NCBI RefSeq assembly: GCF_006345805.1
Contig: NC_043004.1
Coordinates: 93,496,001 to 93,560,000, forward strand
Length of the DNA: 64,000 nt
Origin: Octopus sinensis
Taxonomy: Eukaryota
Direction of reading: 5' to 3'
Below the pieces are notes generated by a model, which had not been told where the DNA came from, ran no database searches, and saw nothing but the letters and a program-made list of their open reading frames with translations. Made by a program: the position numbers and the translations under genes. How positions within the stretch are numbered: position 1 is the stretch's first letter; every line of letters starts with the position of its first letter. Below are positions 49,797-63,420 of the stretch, one piece after another.

Positions 49797-50058
49797 GCAG
49801 TCAAAGACTGTTTAATTCCATTTTCTACAAGTGGAGGCTCCATATACGACTGGTGGCATTTGATAAATCTATCGAATATGGTGCTGACGAAAGAATTTAG
49901 GCAATTTCTCGCCTACGATCTAGAAACATGTTCACCATTAACGGTAAGAGATTGTTTTCGTTTATTTACTACTCCGACTTTGCGTATGTGAATCGCAGGG
50001 TTGTGTCGTATATGGAGCCTCCACTTGTAGAAAATGGAATTAAACAGTCTTTGACTGC
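49797..50058. repeat. Perfect 54-bp inverted repeat with a 154-nt spacer
   Basis: 49797-49850 versus 50005-50058. Confidence 0.97.
49878..49938 (+). ncRNA. Type I hammerhead motif with an A/A mismatch at the base of stem II, in the loop of a 54-bp inverted repeat
   Basis: ATGGTG CTGACGA A-AGA-att-TAGGC-aatttctc-GCCTA-cga-TCT-A GAAA CATG TT CACCAT: 6-bp stem I, intact core, palindromic ACATGT stem III, GUU triplet. Confidence 0.6.
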
Positions 50059-50683
50059 CATTTCTAATTCTTTCGGTATGCGGCAGAGCAACCTGTTGCC
50101 TGCCCTTTTACTTATATACTATATATACTGAACTCTACAGAAGTTCCTGACGCTAAAAGTCATGTTTACATACCGAAATTTACCGGTAATTAATTGTTGG
50201 TTGTCTAAAAAAACCCGAAAAAAATTATTTACCCTTTTTATTATATTATCTATCTATATGTATATATCTATGTGTGTATGTCTTTTTGCCTGTTTTTTTC
50301 GCTCCATCACCTCTTGATAATTGGTATTGGTGTGTTTATGTCCCTGTAACTTAGTGGTTTGGCAAAACAGACCAACAGAATAAGTACTAGGCTTAAAGAA
50401 TAAGTACTGGGGGTCGACTTATTTGACTAGAATCCTTCAAGGCAGGGCTACAGCATGGCCACAGACAGATGACTGAAACAAGTAAAAGAATAAAAGAATA
50501 TATATATATATATATATATGTATAAGATTAATCAGCCGAAATTGCGAGGATGATCCGGTTCTTGACTGAAGATTAGAGGCTTCGAATGACCCGTCCGTTT
50601 TTTTGTGTCATCTCTTTGAGTGTTTTGCGTTCTTGTCCCATTTTGTATTTTTATATATATTTTTTATACATATATATATATAT

Positions 50684-51004
50684 AAATTAATAGTTACCGC
50701 CATACTTATATGGCAGTCTTATAAATATAAGACTAAAGCTATCGCTGATTAGCTCCAAGAGGCCACCACCTCAAGCTAGCTATTTGACACACAATCTGCG
50801 TCCATTAGAAACCCTGAAACATGTCTGCAGCTGTCTGACTGGCAGGATGAAGCGACTGACCTCCCCTGTTCGAAGGTTTATAATGGACGCAGATTGTGTG
50901 TCAAATAGCTAGCTTGAGGCGGTGGCCTCTTGGAGCTAATCAGCGACAGCTTTAGTCTTATATTTATAAGACTGCCATATAAGTATGGCGATAACTATTA
51001 ATTT
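50684..51004. repeat. Inverted repeat: 130-bp arms, 61-nt spacer
   Basis: 50684-50813 versus 50875-51004; 4 mismatches. Confidence 0.95.
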
Positions 51005-51553
51005 CCAGTAACGCTGCCGTAATCTCCTTTAGAGAGACTTAGTAATTTTAATATTTCTATTATATATATATATATACCAGAAAAAGAGCATAATCTCTTG
51101 AGAGGAAAAACCAAAAAATATATATATATATACCTTTAGATGTTATGTATGTTTGTTCGTAGAGTCATCACCACAGACTCTGCTGTGATGAATCAACAAA
51201 CAAACACACATAACATCTAAGGGTATATATACATTTTTTTCCCTCTGAAGGGATTATGCTCAGAAATATAAATTTAATTAATTACACTATGTATAATTGA
51301 AACAGCAGTAAGGGATAATAATCGATTTGTTGCTAATAATAAACTCTTAATAACTTCAAAATCTCCATTTTCTCCTTTTTCTTTTGCATGAATATAAACT
51401 ACTTTCTCAGCCTTTTTTTGACTCTATTACAATTAATATCACTAAATGACAAAGCACATATTCCTGAAAGCTAGATGTACTAAGGTAATGTAGGGTTCAC
51501 AGAATTACCTTCATACAACAAAATGCCCACATATCAAGTTAAGATCTGCAACA

Positions 51554-51589
<36 letters not shown>

Positions 51590-51750
51590 GGGCTAAATAT
51601 CCTTCATATGTGCACTTTGTTGACTCTAAGAGACAAAACATTTTAACAAATTCAAGCAAGATTTAAGAAAATTCAAATTCACCCTCTCATCCCAAAGCCA
51701 ATTTTATTCTTGTTTTGAATAAACAAAGAAATGAATGGGTCAGTTTTTAA

Positions 51751-51814
<64 letters not shown>

Positions 51815-52469
51815 GGGATAAAAAGGGCAGAAGAGAGACAAGGATAATATATATATATATATATATCATCATCATCATCACTTAATGTTTGTCTTCTATG
51901 CTGGCATGGGTGGGAGATATATATATAGATAGAGAGAGAGAGAGAAAGAGAGAGAGAGAAAGAAAGAGAGAGAGCGCAAGGAATAGAAAATCTAGAATTC
52001 TTTTGAAGGATCAGGAGACACTGTAAAATAATTTTTAAAAAAACAAACAAACCAACACACACCTAGACATCAAAATACAAGGCATGAAAACATTGAAGGA
52101 GTGTCGGAGATTAAAAGGTTAAGGTGTAACAAGGCATTCACAGTGAAATATAACAAATAAAGGGTGTGTGATCAGGAAACAAATTTGACAAAGAGAGAAT
52201 GAGAATGCAAGTTTTTATACAGTACAAAAACCATAAAAGTGCCAAGGTATTTTAAAATGTGAAAATGGCAAACTTCTGAAAATAGATTGTAATTTAGAAG
52301 GTAAATTTTGTGGCATTAATGAAGAGCAATGCAATAGACTGGTATCCTGTTCAGGTGGATTGTTGTGATTTCGGTCACTTGTATGGCATGAAAATTGAGT
52401 AACCAGCCTTATGAGTCCTAGGGCTAAAGAAAAGAAAAGAAAAAAAAAAAAAATGAAAAGTTTAGGTAT

Positions 52470-52890
52470 AGGCATGGCTGTGTGGCAAGAAGCTTGCTTT
52501 TCAACTACATGGTTCCAGGTTCAGTCCCACCGCATGGTACCTTGGACAAGTGTCTTCTACTATAGCCTTGGGTCAACCAAAGCCTTGTGAGTGCATTTGG
52601 TAGTCGGAAACTGAAAGAAGCCAGTTGTGTGTGTGTGTGTGTGTGTATGTATCTATCTATCTATGTGCATGTGCCTTTGTGCCTATGTTTGTCCCCCACC
52701 ATCATCGCTTGACAACCGGTGTTGGTGTGTTTACGTCCCCGTAATTTAGCAGTTTGGCAAAAGAGATCGACAGAATAAGTGCTAGGTTTAAAAAAATAAG
52801 TTCTGGGGGTCGATTTATTTGACTAAAACCCTTCAAGGTGGTGCTCCAACATGGCCGCAGTCAAATGACTGAAACAAATAAAAGAATAAG
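52470..52890 (+). mobile_element. SINE family A, older variant
   Basis: Colinear similarity. Confidence 0.85.
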
Positions 52891-53103
52891 AGAAAATGTA
52901 AAGGGATTGGTAAGCAGCTGAGACAGCAGAGTTGAGCAGAATGCTTTGCAGTATTCAGTTATGACCCTTTATAGCCCTGGGTTCAAATCAAACTTAAGTT
53001 GACTTTGCCTTTTTTATCCTTCCACAGTTACTAAGGTAGATTTGATCAACTATAGCCCTTATTCCAACATTGTGGCCTGTGTTTACATTAGAAAGCAAGG
53101 AAC

Positions 53104-53497
53104 AGGAGTGGCTGTGTGGTAAGTAACTTGTTTACCAACCACATGGTTCAGGGTTCAGTCCCACTGCGTGGCACCTTGGGCTAGTGTCTTCTACTATAGC
53201 CTTGGGCCGACCAAAGCCTTGTGACTGGATTTGGTAGACGGAAACTGAAAGAAGCCCGTCGTATATATGTATATATATATATGCATGTGTGTGTTTGTGT
53301 GTCTGTGTTTGTCCCCCTAGCATTGCTTGACAACCGATGCTGGTGTGTTTATGTCCCCGTCACTTAGCAGTTCGGCAAAAGAGACCGATAGAATAAGTAC
53401 TGGGCTTACAAAAGAATAAGTCCCGGGGTTGAGTTGCTCAATTAAAGGCGCTGCTCCAGCATGGCCGTAGTCAAATGACTGAAACAAGTAAAGCGAG
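53104..53497 (+). mobile_element. SINE family A
   Basis: Full-length match. Confidence 0.9.
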
Positions 53498-54163
53498 TAA
53501 CAAAATGTACCAAAACCAGTTGTATTGTTGTCTTCACAATTACAAGAAAAATTATTATGGAGTAAGGGTTAATGATTTAGACAGAAGGCCAGCAATTTTG
53601 AGAGGAGGGGGTTTGCTTAATATCACTGACCCTCAGTACTTGACTATTTCTATGTTTCATTGAACCTCGGAGAATGAAAGGCAAAGTTGAGGTTTGTGGG
53701 ATTTGAACTCAGAATGTGAAGAATCAGAACAAAAACCATGGGGAATTTTTTCTCCCCACTATAATGATTTTACCAGCTCTTCTTCCTTCTATAGGATAAC
53801 AGACTATAGTTAAGTAAAATATCCATATGGTAGTTGTGGCAGAGAGGAGTGTAATAAGCTTTTGCAGAAAACGCTGTCAAAGATTGTTGTACACCAGTAC
53901 ATCCACCATGTGTATTCCAGGTCAGAATGGAAAATGACTGAGGGATTCTTTTTAGGCTGGAGTGGAAGCAAGAACTCTGAGCACTAGAACAATTTCCTAG
54001 TGCCTTCTCTGAACCAAAAAGAAGAGTGAAACACTTAATCCTGAATTATCATTGTTATCAATAATCACCATTTTATCTTCACTTTCTATTGGTATAGGTT
54101 GGAAGAGTCAACATGGTCAAAATCAATTAATATTCAGTGTTATTGCTCACCTAGATAGGTTAA

Positions 54164-54378
54164 ACTTTTAGTGTTCATATTACTCTGTCAAATAGATTTA
54201 TTTATTCATTGTTCTGAATTAATCATGCATTATCTTGTAGCTTTGAGATTTTGATGGTGCAATTGTCTATTATTAAAATGACATTGTAGGGTAGGTGTGA
54301 CATGCCAGATCTGGCCAGTTTGAACATGAAAGAGGTAGAATATTTGGGCCAGATATGGCCAGTTTAAATGCTAAAGGG
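54164..54378 (-). mobile_element. piggyBac-like MITE, diverged copy
   Basis: Reverse complement of 55071-55290. Confidence 0.65.
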
Positions 54379-54674
54379 TTCTCTCAACCCTATATAATGG
54401 TAACTGGTTATCTCAACCCTATATAGCCTCTGCTTGTTTGCCAACCATTTTATAAATGTTGCCACCATTTTATATGTTCTGAGTACATGTATTACAAAGA
54501 TCTCCAAAGAATTAAGAACATTTTAAGGATCAGTGGTTATTTTACTTAAGGGCAATATAAAAAGAATGATAAATATGAGAGATAAATGCTCCCTTAGAGA
54601 GATTGCAGGTCTCAAGTTTATTAACATAAAGTCAGCAATGTGCAAGCAGACCTGTGATCAAAGCACTTCACCTA

Positions 54675-54872
54675 TGACTGTGCCAGTGGCACGTAAAAAG
54701 CACCCACTACACTCACGGAGTGGTTGGCGTTAGGAAGGGCATCCAGCCATAGAAACATTGCCAGATCAGACTGGGCCTGGCGCAGCCTTCTGGCTTCCCA
54801 GACCCTAGTTGAACCGTCCAACCTATGCTAGCATGGGAAGCGGACACTAAACGATGATGATGATGATGATGT
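54675..54872 (+). mobile_element. RTE-like LINE/SINE 3' end with (GAT)n tail
   Basis: GTGGTTGGCGTTAGGAAGGGCATCCAGC...AAACGATGATGATG; related decayed copies near 33460-33570 (-), 34030-34190 (-) and 57140-57290 (+). Confidence 0.65.
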
Positions 54873-55070
54873 ATCTAGGAGTACATTATCCAATATAAGC
54901 GTTTCCTCTTTCCTTTTAAAACAGTGGGGTGCAATCTGAGGGAGATTTGGCTGTTATGCAATCAATCACAATACTTAAATCTGCTATGCATCTAGAATAT
55001 TAACAGTTAGTTTTCAATATTGCGAAAAAAAAAAAAGTAGAAACCTTTTATCTCTAGAAGTATATTTTAA

Positions 55071-55290
55071 CCCTTTAGCATTTAAACTGGCCATATCCGG
55101 CCAAAGGTATTCTGCCTGTTTTTATGTTTAAACTGACCAGATCTTGTCTCATACCAACCCTACAATGTCGTTTTAAAAATTAACAGTTACCTCATCAAAA
55201 TCTCATCGCTACAAGATAAAGCAGGATTAGTTCAAAACAATGTGGATGAATAAGCATTAATTTTGGTAGAATAATGCAAACACTAAAGGG
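55071..55290 (+). mobile_element. piggyBac-like MITE
   Basis: TTAA|CCCTTTAG...CTAAAGGG|TTAA termini. Confidence 0.85.
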
Positions 55291-55599
55291 TTAATAGTGT
55301 GAGAAATTATATGATAGTAGCTTATTACAGATGTTTAGACATATAATACAGCTGGTATGGGAGCACAGTGAATAAAAGTTGTAGTATCTTGGCCTTGATG
55401 CAGAACTCTTCTTTCGTAAGCCACTTCTATTTCCACAAAAAGACGGCAAATCATTGAACAAACAGAAATATACGACTTAAATTCTTTATTGCCACATAAA
55501 TTTGAAAGGAGCCACAATAAAGTGAAAATAATTCTGAAAAAAGGAAATTTAGTGCTACTGTGAGAAATGCAAACCTGAGACACCTGTGCAAGAGAAAAT

Positions 55600-56150
55600 G
55601 TAAGGTAAACTGTTTAATGGAGCAAGGTATGACAAAATGCTTTATAATGAAAGGTATGGCAAACCGCATTAGGGCAAAGGTAAGACAAAGTGCTTTATGG
55701 AGAAAGGTAAGGAATGCTGTAAGGCAAACACTGCTTTATTTATTCTATTCTAAAACAAACTACTTTAAAAGGTAAGGCAAATTACTTTATGGAGATATGT
55801 AAGGCAAGCTACTTTATAAAGAAAAAGCAAAGTGTTATATGAAGAAAGATAAGGCAAATGGCTCTATGGAGAAAGGAAAGGCAAATTGCTTTACAGGGAA
55901 AAGGAAGGACTACTGCTTTATGGGAAAATCTAAGGCACACACTGCTCTATGATGAAAGATAAGGCAAACTGCTTTATGAGAAAATATAAGGCAAACTGCT
56001 CTATGATGAAAGATAAGGCAAACTGCTTTATGAGAAAATATAAGGCAAACTGCTCTATGATGAAAGATAAGGCAAACTGCTTTATGGAAAATTTAAAACT
56101 GCTTTATGAGAAAATATAAGGCAAACTGCTCTATAGAAAAGCAAACTACT
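55600..56150 (+). repeat. About 27-bp minisatellite (AAGGCAAACTGCTTTATG...) with a 54-bp dimer at the 3' end
   Basis: Alternating AAGGCAAACTGCTTTATGAGAAAATAT and AAGGCAAACTGCTCTATGATGAAAGAT units at about 55960-56080. Confidence 0.9.
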
Positions 56151-58210
56151 TTAAGGGACATGCATGGCTGGTGTGGTCATTGAAGGCAGAAGTAAAATGT
56201 GAAACACAAAACAAACATGTCTTGTTGATGCTATTAAAAGGAAAACATGTTAAGTGAAAAATTAAATGATAAAATAACATGTTTATTTCAAGAATATCGG
56301 AGTTGGATTAATTTAATGTGTTGAGAGCATAGAGTCAAGGAAGCCCTCTATAAATTGGTTAAATTTATTGTTATTACTTTTTTTTAATTGTTGTTGCTGT
56401 TTTACACCTGTATTTCCATGGCAATATGAAGGAAATTGTTTCTACTTTTTTTTTTATATATTTCCTTTAGATTAATTGACATTGTTGTTGTTGTTTAGCT
56501 CTCAGGTCAGTGTGTTTGAGTTGATTTATTTGTCAAAGAGGTTTCAACTTCCAACCATCCAATCATTTTCTTTCAGACACCAACACAAACCATCATCCCA
56601 TTCCTGTCATTTTCCCTCTATCTACTGAAAATATTCTGCTGTTCTTCACCCTTTCTGTACAGTCAGTCATCACCTCCTTTCCCCTATTTTCCCTCCAAAA
56701 CTTATATTTATTTATTGACTGCCCTTCTACCTTTGTTCACAATTCCTCCTACCCTACTCCTCATCTCTGACCATCCCTCACTCTCTCCTAATATTTCCTA
56801 TAACCTCTACCCACACAAACCAGATCTTCTATATACACCCTTTTTAATATTCACCTGATACCTTGAGGGCCTACTCTGTTACCTTGTTGCCACCATCTTT
56901 ATCTCCTTCCACTTCCGTCCTGATTACTCCCACTTACTTTTATGTAATAAGAAGAAATTTATATCCTCTGCAACAAGAAACCTACTTCAGTCCTGTCTTT
57001 CATACTTTAACCTCAAAAACCACTTCTCTCTCTTCTGTACTCCCACTCAGTTGAAGGGGATCTTGTGAGTTACATGACGACCTCACAAGTACTGGTTTCA
57101 CAAAAGAAAAAAAAAAAAGAAAACAAAATAGAAAAAAAAAGCACTAGTACACTTGGTTAAGTGATAGGCATTTGGAAGGGCATCCAACCACAGAAACCAA
57201 ATCAAAGTAGACAATGAAATCCTCCAAAATTTCAGATGTTGTTTAACTGTCCAGCACATGCTTACATAGAAGACAGATGTTAAATATTGATGAATGTATC
57301 TATGATTATCTTATCCAATATGTCCTTCCTTTTAGAAGGTGGCATAGGAGATATTGTAGCAATATTTTCACATAAATTTAGCTACTATACTGTAGTTTCA
57401 CTCACTGGTTTAATTTTATAAATAACTAGAGACTTACTAACAAGTACCTTACGTCAGTACATTGCTCCATTAAAGTTGAACTATCCTTCATACCAAAACG
57501 ACTTCTCCATCACCTTCTAAAGAGACAGCCTTAGACTACTACCACAGTAAGGTACCTTACATTCCTTTCAACTGAGTCAGACTACTACCATATGGAAAAT
57601 AACGTTACAATGATACAGTGTACAGGAGACTGTACAATCCTGCTACAATCAACCTCTCTAGTACTGGGGACCTGATTAAGATAAAATGAATACAATCTAT
57701 ATTGTAAAGTGGCTGGTGAAATCCAGCCACTAAAATCATGTATAAAATAACATACACATCAACAAAGCTAGGTGGTTTTCTCTGTTGTTCTGCCTGTTAG
57801 ATGAAGAATTGTGAGATCCATGAAACCCATATAAGCATGAAAAAAAAAATACAAAATACAGATGATGATGGAGATGATAATGGTGATGGTAATGAAATAA
57901 GGAAAAAAAAATTCAATTCATTTCAAGTGTCAATTGTGTTTCAAAGTTCAGTGTTCCATGAGCTAAAAAAAAAAAAAAATTCAGAACCCTACACAGATGG
58001 AGGGGATCAACATAGGTAAATGAACGTATATTACTCAAGCAAGATCTCCCATCAAAGATGCTGGAATGTAGGATATCAATGACTATGGTAGTACAAGTGC
58101 TTTCAATAAGTCAACAGTATAATGCAAATTACGATGGTTAGCAGAAATATTTTAACAAATATCAACTAAATATTTTAGTAAAGCATAGTATATTTATTAA
58201 AATTTTTTGA

Positions 58211-58607
58211 AGGAGTGGCTGTGTGGTAAGTAGCTTGTTTACCAACCACATGGTTCCGGGTTCAGTCCCACTGCGTGGCACCTTGGGCAAGTGTCTTCTG
58301 CTATAGCCTCAGGCCGACCAAAGCCTTGTGAGTGGATTTGGTAGACGGAAACTGAAAGAAGCCCGTCGTATATATGTGTATATATGTATGCATGTGTGTG
58401 TTTGTGAGTCTGTGTTGGTCCCCCTAGCATTGCTTGACAACCGATGCTGGTGTGTTTATGTCCCCGTCACTTAGCGGTTCGGCAAAAGAGACCGATAGAA
58501 TAAGTACTGGGCTTACAAAAGAATAAGTCCCGGGGTCGAGTTGCTTGATTAAAGGCGGTGCTCCAGCATGGCCTCAGTCAAATGACTGAAACAAGTAAAA
58601 GAGTAAA
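58211..58607 (+). mobile_element. SINE family A
   Basis: Full-length match. Confidence 0.9.
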
Positions 58608-59423
58608 GGGTACTTATGATTTTGAGTGACCTCCTATACTAGTAACATTAATGTGGCTGATGTTCAGTTTGAACTTCAGTAGGCTGATGTCTGTAAAGGA
58701 AATGTGTGCAGGGTGGCTGCTCCAGAGAGATGCATTTCTGATGGGAAGAAGAAGGTGAAGTGCTATGTGTGGGATTTTTGAGTGCGAGACAAAACAGGAA
58801 TGGTGAGAGGTAGGTGAATCAGGTAGACATAGGTGGAGGTGAAGGAATAGAAGCTATTATAGTGGTGGTGAGAGAGAGAGAGAGAGGGGAGGGAGATCTG
58901 TGCTGTTGTAAGATATATTGATGAGGTAAATCTTTACCAATCACATAAAAAAAAGAAGGCATGTTTAAACCATGTCTATTTTGGAAAAGTATACATAAGG
59001 ATGATGATAGATATGAGCTGAGGTGCTCTAGGACCTCTAGCACCATATATAGACATAAGCTGAAATGATTTCAGTGAAATTGAACTTACAAACTATCAAA
59101 CAATTCAGCTAATTGACTTGTATCGCATCTCTTTCTCACAACTTTTCCAGTCAGACAATAGTCTGAAAATGGACTTGATTGTCTAGTTTTATTTTTATAA
59201 TTTACAACTAGTATAGATGTGGATGCTTTTTGGTTTTCTCACTCCCATTAAAAAGAATTACCATTAAAAAAAATTGGGTTATCTCCCCACTAAAAAATTG
59301 AGTTTATGTGGCGACAAGGGATTGGATTAAAAGCGTTAGATCCTTTTGATTCAGTACTTCAACATGTTGCTGACGTTTGGCTTCCGCATTAGGCAGGGTA
59401 TGAATTGTTATAAAAATGTTATC

Positions 59424-59847
59424 AGGCGCAGGAGTGGCTGTGTGGTAAGTAGCTTGCTAACCAACCACATGGTTCCAGGTTCAATCCCACTGCGTGGCAT
59501 CTTGGGCAAGTGTCTTCTGCTATAGCCTCGGGCCGACCAATGCCTTGTGAGTGGATTTGGTAGACGGAAACTGAAAGAAGCCTGTCGTATATATGTATAT
59601 ATATATGTATGTGTGTGTGTTTGTGTGTCTGTGTTTGTTTCCCTAGCATTGCTTGACAACCGATGCTGGTGTGTTTACGTCCCCGTCACTTAGCGGTTCG
59701 GCAAAAAGGGACCGATAGAATAAGTACTGGGCTTACAAAAAGAATAAGTCCCGGGGTCGAGTTGCTCGACTAAAGGCGGTGCTCCAGCATGGCCGCAGTC
59801 AAATGACTGAAACAAGTAAAAGAGTAAAAGAGTAAAAAGAGTAAAGA
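59424..59847 (+). mobile_element. SINE family A
   Basis: Full-length match. Confidence 0.9.
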
Positions 59848-59974
59848 GATTCAATAAGATGTTTAATTTTTTCAGTTTTCCTTTTTACTAATTTTTCTCA
59901 GTTTTGTATGATTTGTTATAAAAATATTATGAGAGTCGATGTGATGTTTCATCTTTTCAGTTTCCTTCTTTACA

Positions 59975-60345
59975 TCTTTTACTTGTTTCAGTCATTTGAC
60001 TGTGGCCATGCTGGAGCACCGCCTTTAGTCAAGCGAATCGACCCCCAGGACTTATTCTTTGTAAACCTAGTACTTATTCTATTGGTCTCTTTTGCCGAAC
60101 CGCTATGTTACGAGGATGTAAACACACCAGCATCAGTTGTCAAGCGATGTTGGGGGGACAAACACAAACACACACATATATATGACGGGCTTCTTTCAGT
60201 TTCCGTCTACCAAATCTACTCACAAGGCTTTGGTTGGCCTGATGCTATAGTAGAAGACACTTGCCCAAGGTGCCATGCAGTGGAACTGAACCCGGAACCA
60301 TGTGGTTGGTAAGCAAGCTACTTACCACACAACCACTCCTGCGCT
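59975..60345 (-). mobile_element. SINE family A, inverted relative to 59424-59847
   Basis: Full-length reverse-complement match. Confidence 0.9.
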
Positions 60346-62663
60346 ATGTTTATTAATTTTTTTCTTTTTTTTATTGGGGGTTAAACAATTTCTTTAGTTG
60401 AGGGAGATAACCAAAAGTACTGATATTTCTCATAAAACGGGGGTGGGAAGATAGCACAATTTTTTTATGGGGGTGAGATAACCAAAAAGTACCTAAATGT
60501 GTCATTATCTATCAGAGAACTTGTACAAATCGTTATGGTGCTAGTTTTTAAGATATCACCTTTGATAGTGGGTTTGTACTCAAGGTAAGAGGAGGTGTGG
60601 CCTAATTCTTTATTTATCCACTATCTCATCCGATAGTCCACATTGCTTTTATTAGCTCATGAGGCAGCATTGATGAGAGACCACTACATGGAAAGAAACA
60701 TCATTTGGTCATTTAGTGCAGTGTCACAACAATATCTGTTGAGTCTATTCATCAACATATCAACGTCCTATTAGGGAAGGCTGATGGTTGTGGTGGTGGT
60801 GACAAAGATGAAGATGATGATGGTGGTGGTGGTGACAGCGATGACCTTGACTATAACCTCAAATATTTGTAGGGTACCATTTGTAAGGGAGACGGTATTG
60901 CTGATCGAATTGAACCCAGTACATGCAGGTGCTTGTATTAATTAACAAAAGCTGGAGGGATAACAATCAAAATGGGAAAAGGTTAATCCTGACTGGATTT
61001 GAGCTGATGAATATAAAAATGATAATTAAATACCAATCAGCATCCAGTCTGGTATCATCTCATTATCTGCCACTCTACCATAGTGATACTCAATGATGAC
61101 CATGATGAGGAATTTGGCAATATACACTGTTTTCAGAAATCTAATAATTACTTATACTGAAGTGGGTATTACTAACATACTTAGTATCTCCCAGTCAGCA
61201 AAAAGCCATCAGCAAAAATCCAATGAACTGCAAGAAATAGCAGCCAAATCTTTCTTAAATGATATCTTATTGTCTTATAAAAGGATGGACACGTTATGTA
61301 ATGTAGTCCTGAATACATTATGTCTGAATAATGACAGGATGGCATGGCTGGAATGAAATGCTTTTGATTACATGTCTGCACAATCATAGCTGAGTTGGGG
61401 CTAAACAGCAACACCAACAGTAAGTCATTGAAGGAGCAGTGAACCTGTATATGGCAGACTTTACCAGCTACAATTAGCAACTAAATCTATTTCAGGTCAC
61501 TGCAGCCTACCATCTTAGAAAAGAATGGACACATTAATGTAATCCCAGACACACAAAGTCTGAAAAAAAAAAAAAAGAAAGAAAAAGGATGAGAAGAAAT
61601 GATTAAGTCTGTGTTGCTTTTGATTTCCCAGTCTGTTCAATCAGTTTGACATTGTGGCTAAACAACAACACTAACAGCAACAACAACAACAACAGTAAAG
61701 GTTACAATACCACCATGAGAAGAATATTAAACTGAAGGGCAGATAGGAAAGAAACTAGAAAGTAACAAGCATCTGAGAAAGCTAGTAGAACAAAAGTATG
61801 TAAAAAAAAGGCATAGCTGCCTCAAGACAAATTGGTGACTGGTAAGAATGTTAATTTTGCTTACAAAAATATTAGTTGATAGGATTATTATCAGTAAAAT
61901 AGAAAGGGTATTCAATCAGGGCCTAGAATAATAAAAAAAAAGCAAAGAAATGGAATTTTTAGTTAGGTTATATAATTTCATTTAAATATTTTGTTTTTAA
62001 ATTATGTCATATGTAGGAAAAAGAGAAATTAAAAAAATTAGAAAAAGCAAAACAAAACAAAACAAAAAATACAGTGAGACTTATGTAGAAATTGCATACG
62101 TGTTCATTGACTTTTTGTGCACATAAACTTACCATTTATGTTATCTCAGAGATGCTCTGAAATCTTATGATCTAAGAGAATCAGTATGAAATTCAAGCTC
62201 CCACCCCATGAAGAATTATAGGGTTATTAATTGATAGAGAAAAGGGCACAGATTTGGTAGACCTATTACTCATTTATACCACAAATCTGTAGTTTTAATA
62301 TTTTCTGACAAGTATAAATTCTGGTGTTCAGACTTCTGCTTACATAACAAAGTAATATTTGCCATCATCGTTGTTGTTTCATGTCTGATTTTGATGGTAC
62401 TGCGTACTGCTGCAGCTGAGTGTTACTTTGCCCTTATTATGCAGACAGAAGTTTATAGGCTTTACAATTTGAGAATGGAGATATAATTGATTAAACTGGA
62501 ACCAATAGTTGACAGAATACATTTTCTTTTATCAATGTCAAAAAAATTAAAGTCAAACTGCCAGCTCGCCGCCTTAAATGTAAATACCTCAGAATGTAAA
62601 TACCACAAGGTGTTTTGTCTGATACTACAAAATCTGCTAATCACTGCAATAATAATAATAATA

Positions 62664-62694
<31 letters not shown>

Positions 62695-62899
62695 CCTTCT
62701 ACTATAGGCACAAGGCCTGAAATTTTTGGGGAGGTGGTTAGTCGATTACATTGACCCCATTACTCAACTGGTGCATATTTTATTGACCCCGAAAGGATGA
62801 AAGGCAAAGTCAACCTCGGTGGAATTGACACACAAAATGCCACTAAGCATTTAGCCTGGCATAAAGGTAAAAACGAAGCTGCTTACTAGTTGATTCATC

Positions 62900-63110
62900 T
62901 TGTCTATTTGATTCCAGGATCATAAAGAAAAAAAAGGTTGTGCCTATAATAATCGGTGCATTGGGAACTGTAAGCAAAGGTATACAGACAAATGGTTGAA
63001 GGAGATTGGAATAGAATGTTTGCCTCTTAGGGACGGGAAAAATTATAAGGAGAGTTCTAAGCACTTGAAAGACTACCGAAAGCGAGTGGATACCTAAAGG
63101 TTACAGGTAG
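62900..63110 (+). mobile_element. R4/Dong-like (RLE) non-LTR 3' remnant
   Basis: KKVVPIIIGALGTVSKG...WLKEIGIEC...LGTGKIIRRVLST*. Confidence 0.65.
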
Positions 63111-63171
63111 TAACCTGCTACCCACATAAATCCTACCAGGAATAAGACCAAACATGAGCCAAATCAATACT

Positions 63172-63386
63172 CTCTCTCTTTTTACTTGTTTCAGTCATTT
63201 GACTGCGGCCATGCTGGAACACCACCTTTAATCGAGCAACTCGACCCCGAGACTTATTCTTTGTAAGCCCAGTACTTATTCTATCGGTCCCTTTTGCCGA
63301 ATCGCTAAGTGACGGGGACATAAACACACCAGCATCGATTGTCAAGCAATGCTAGGGGGACTAACACAGACACACATACATACACG

Positions 63387-63420
<34 letters not shown>

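Noticed and set aside
50126-50195. CTGACGC...CCGAAATTTACCGGTAAT hammerhead-like string
   Set aside because: A9, stem I and the 15.2-16.2 pair are all broken; at most a relic.
50555-50600. CTGAAGA...CGAATGACCCGTC hammerhead-like string
   Set aside because: GAAA incomplete and stems I and II do not pair.
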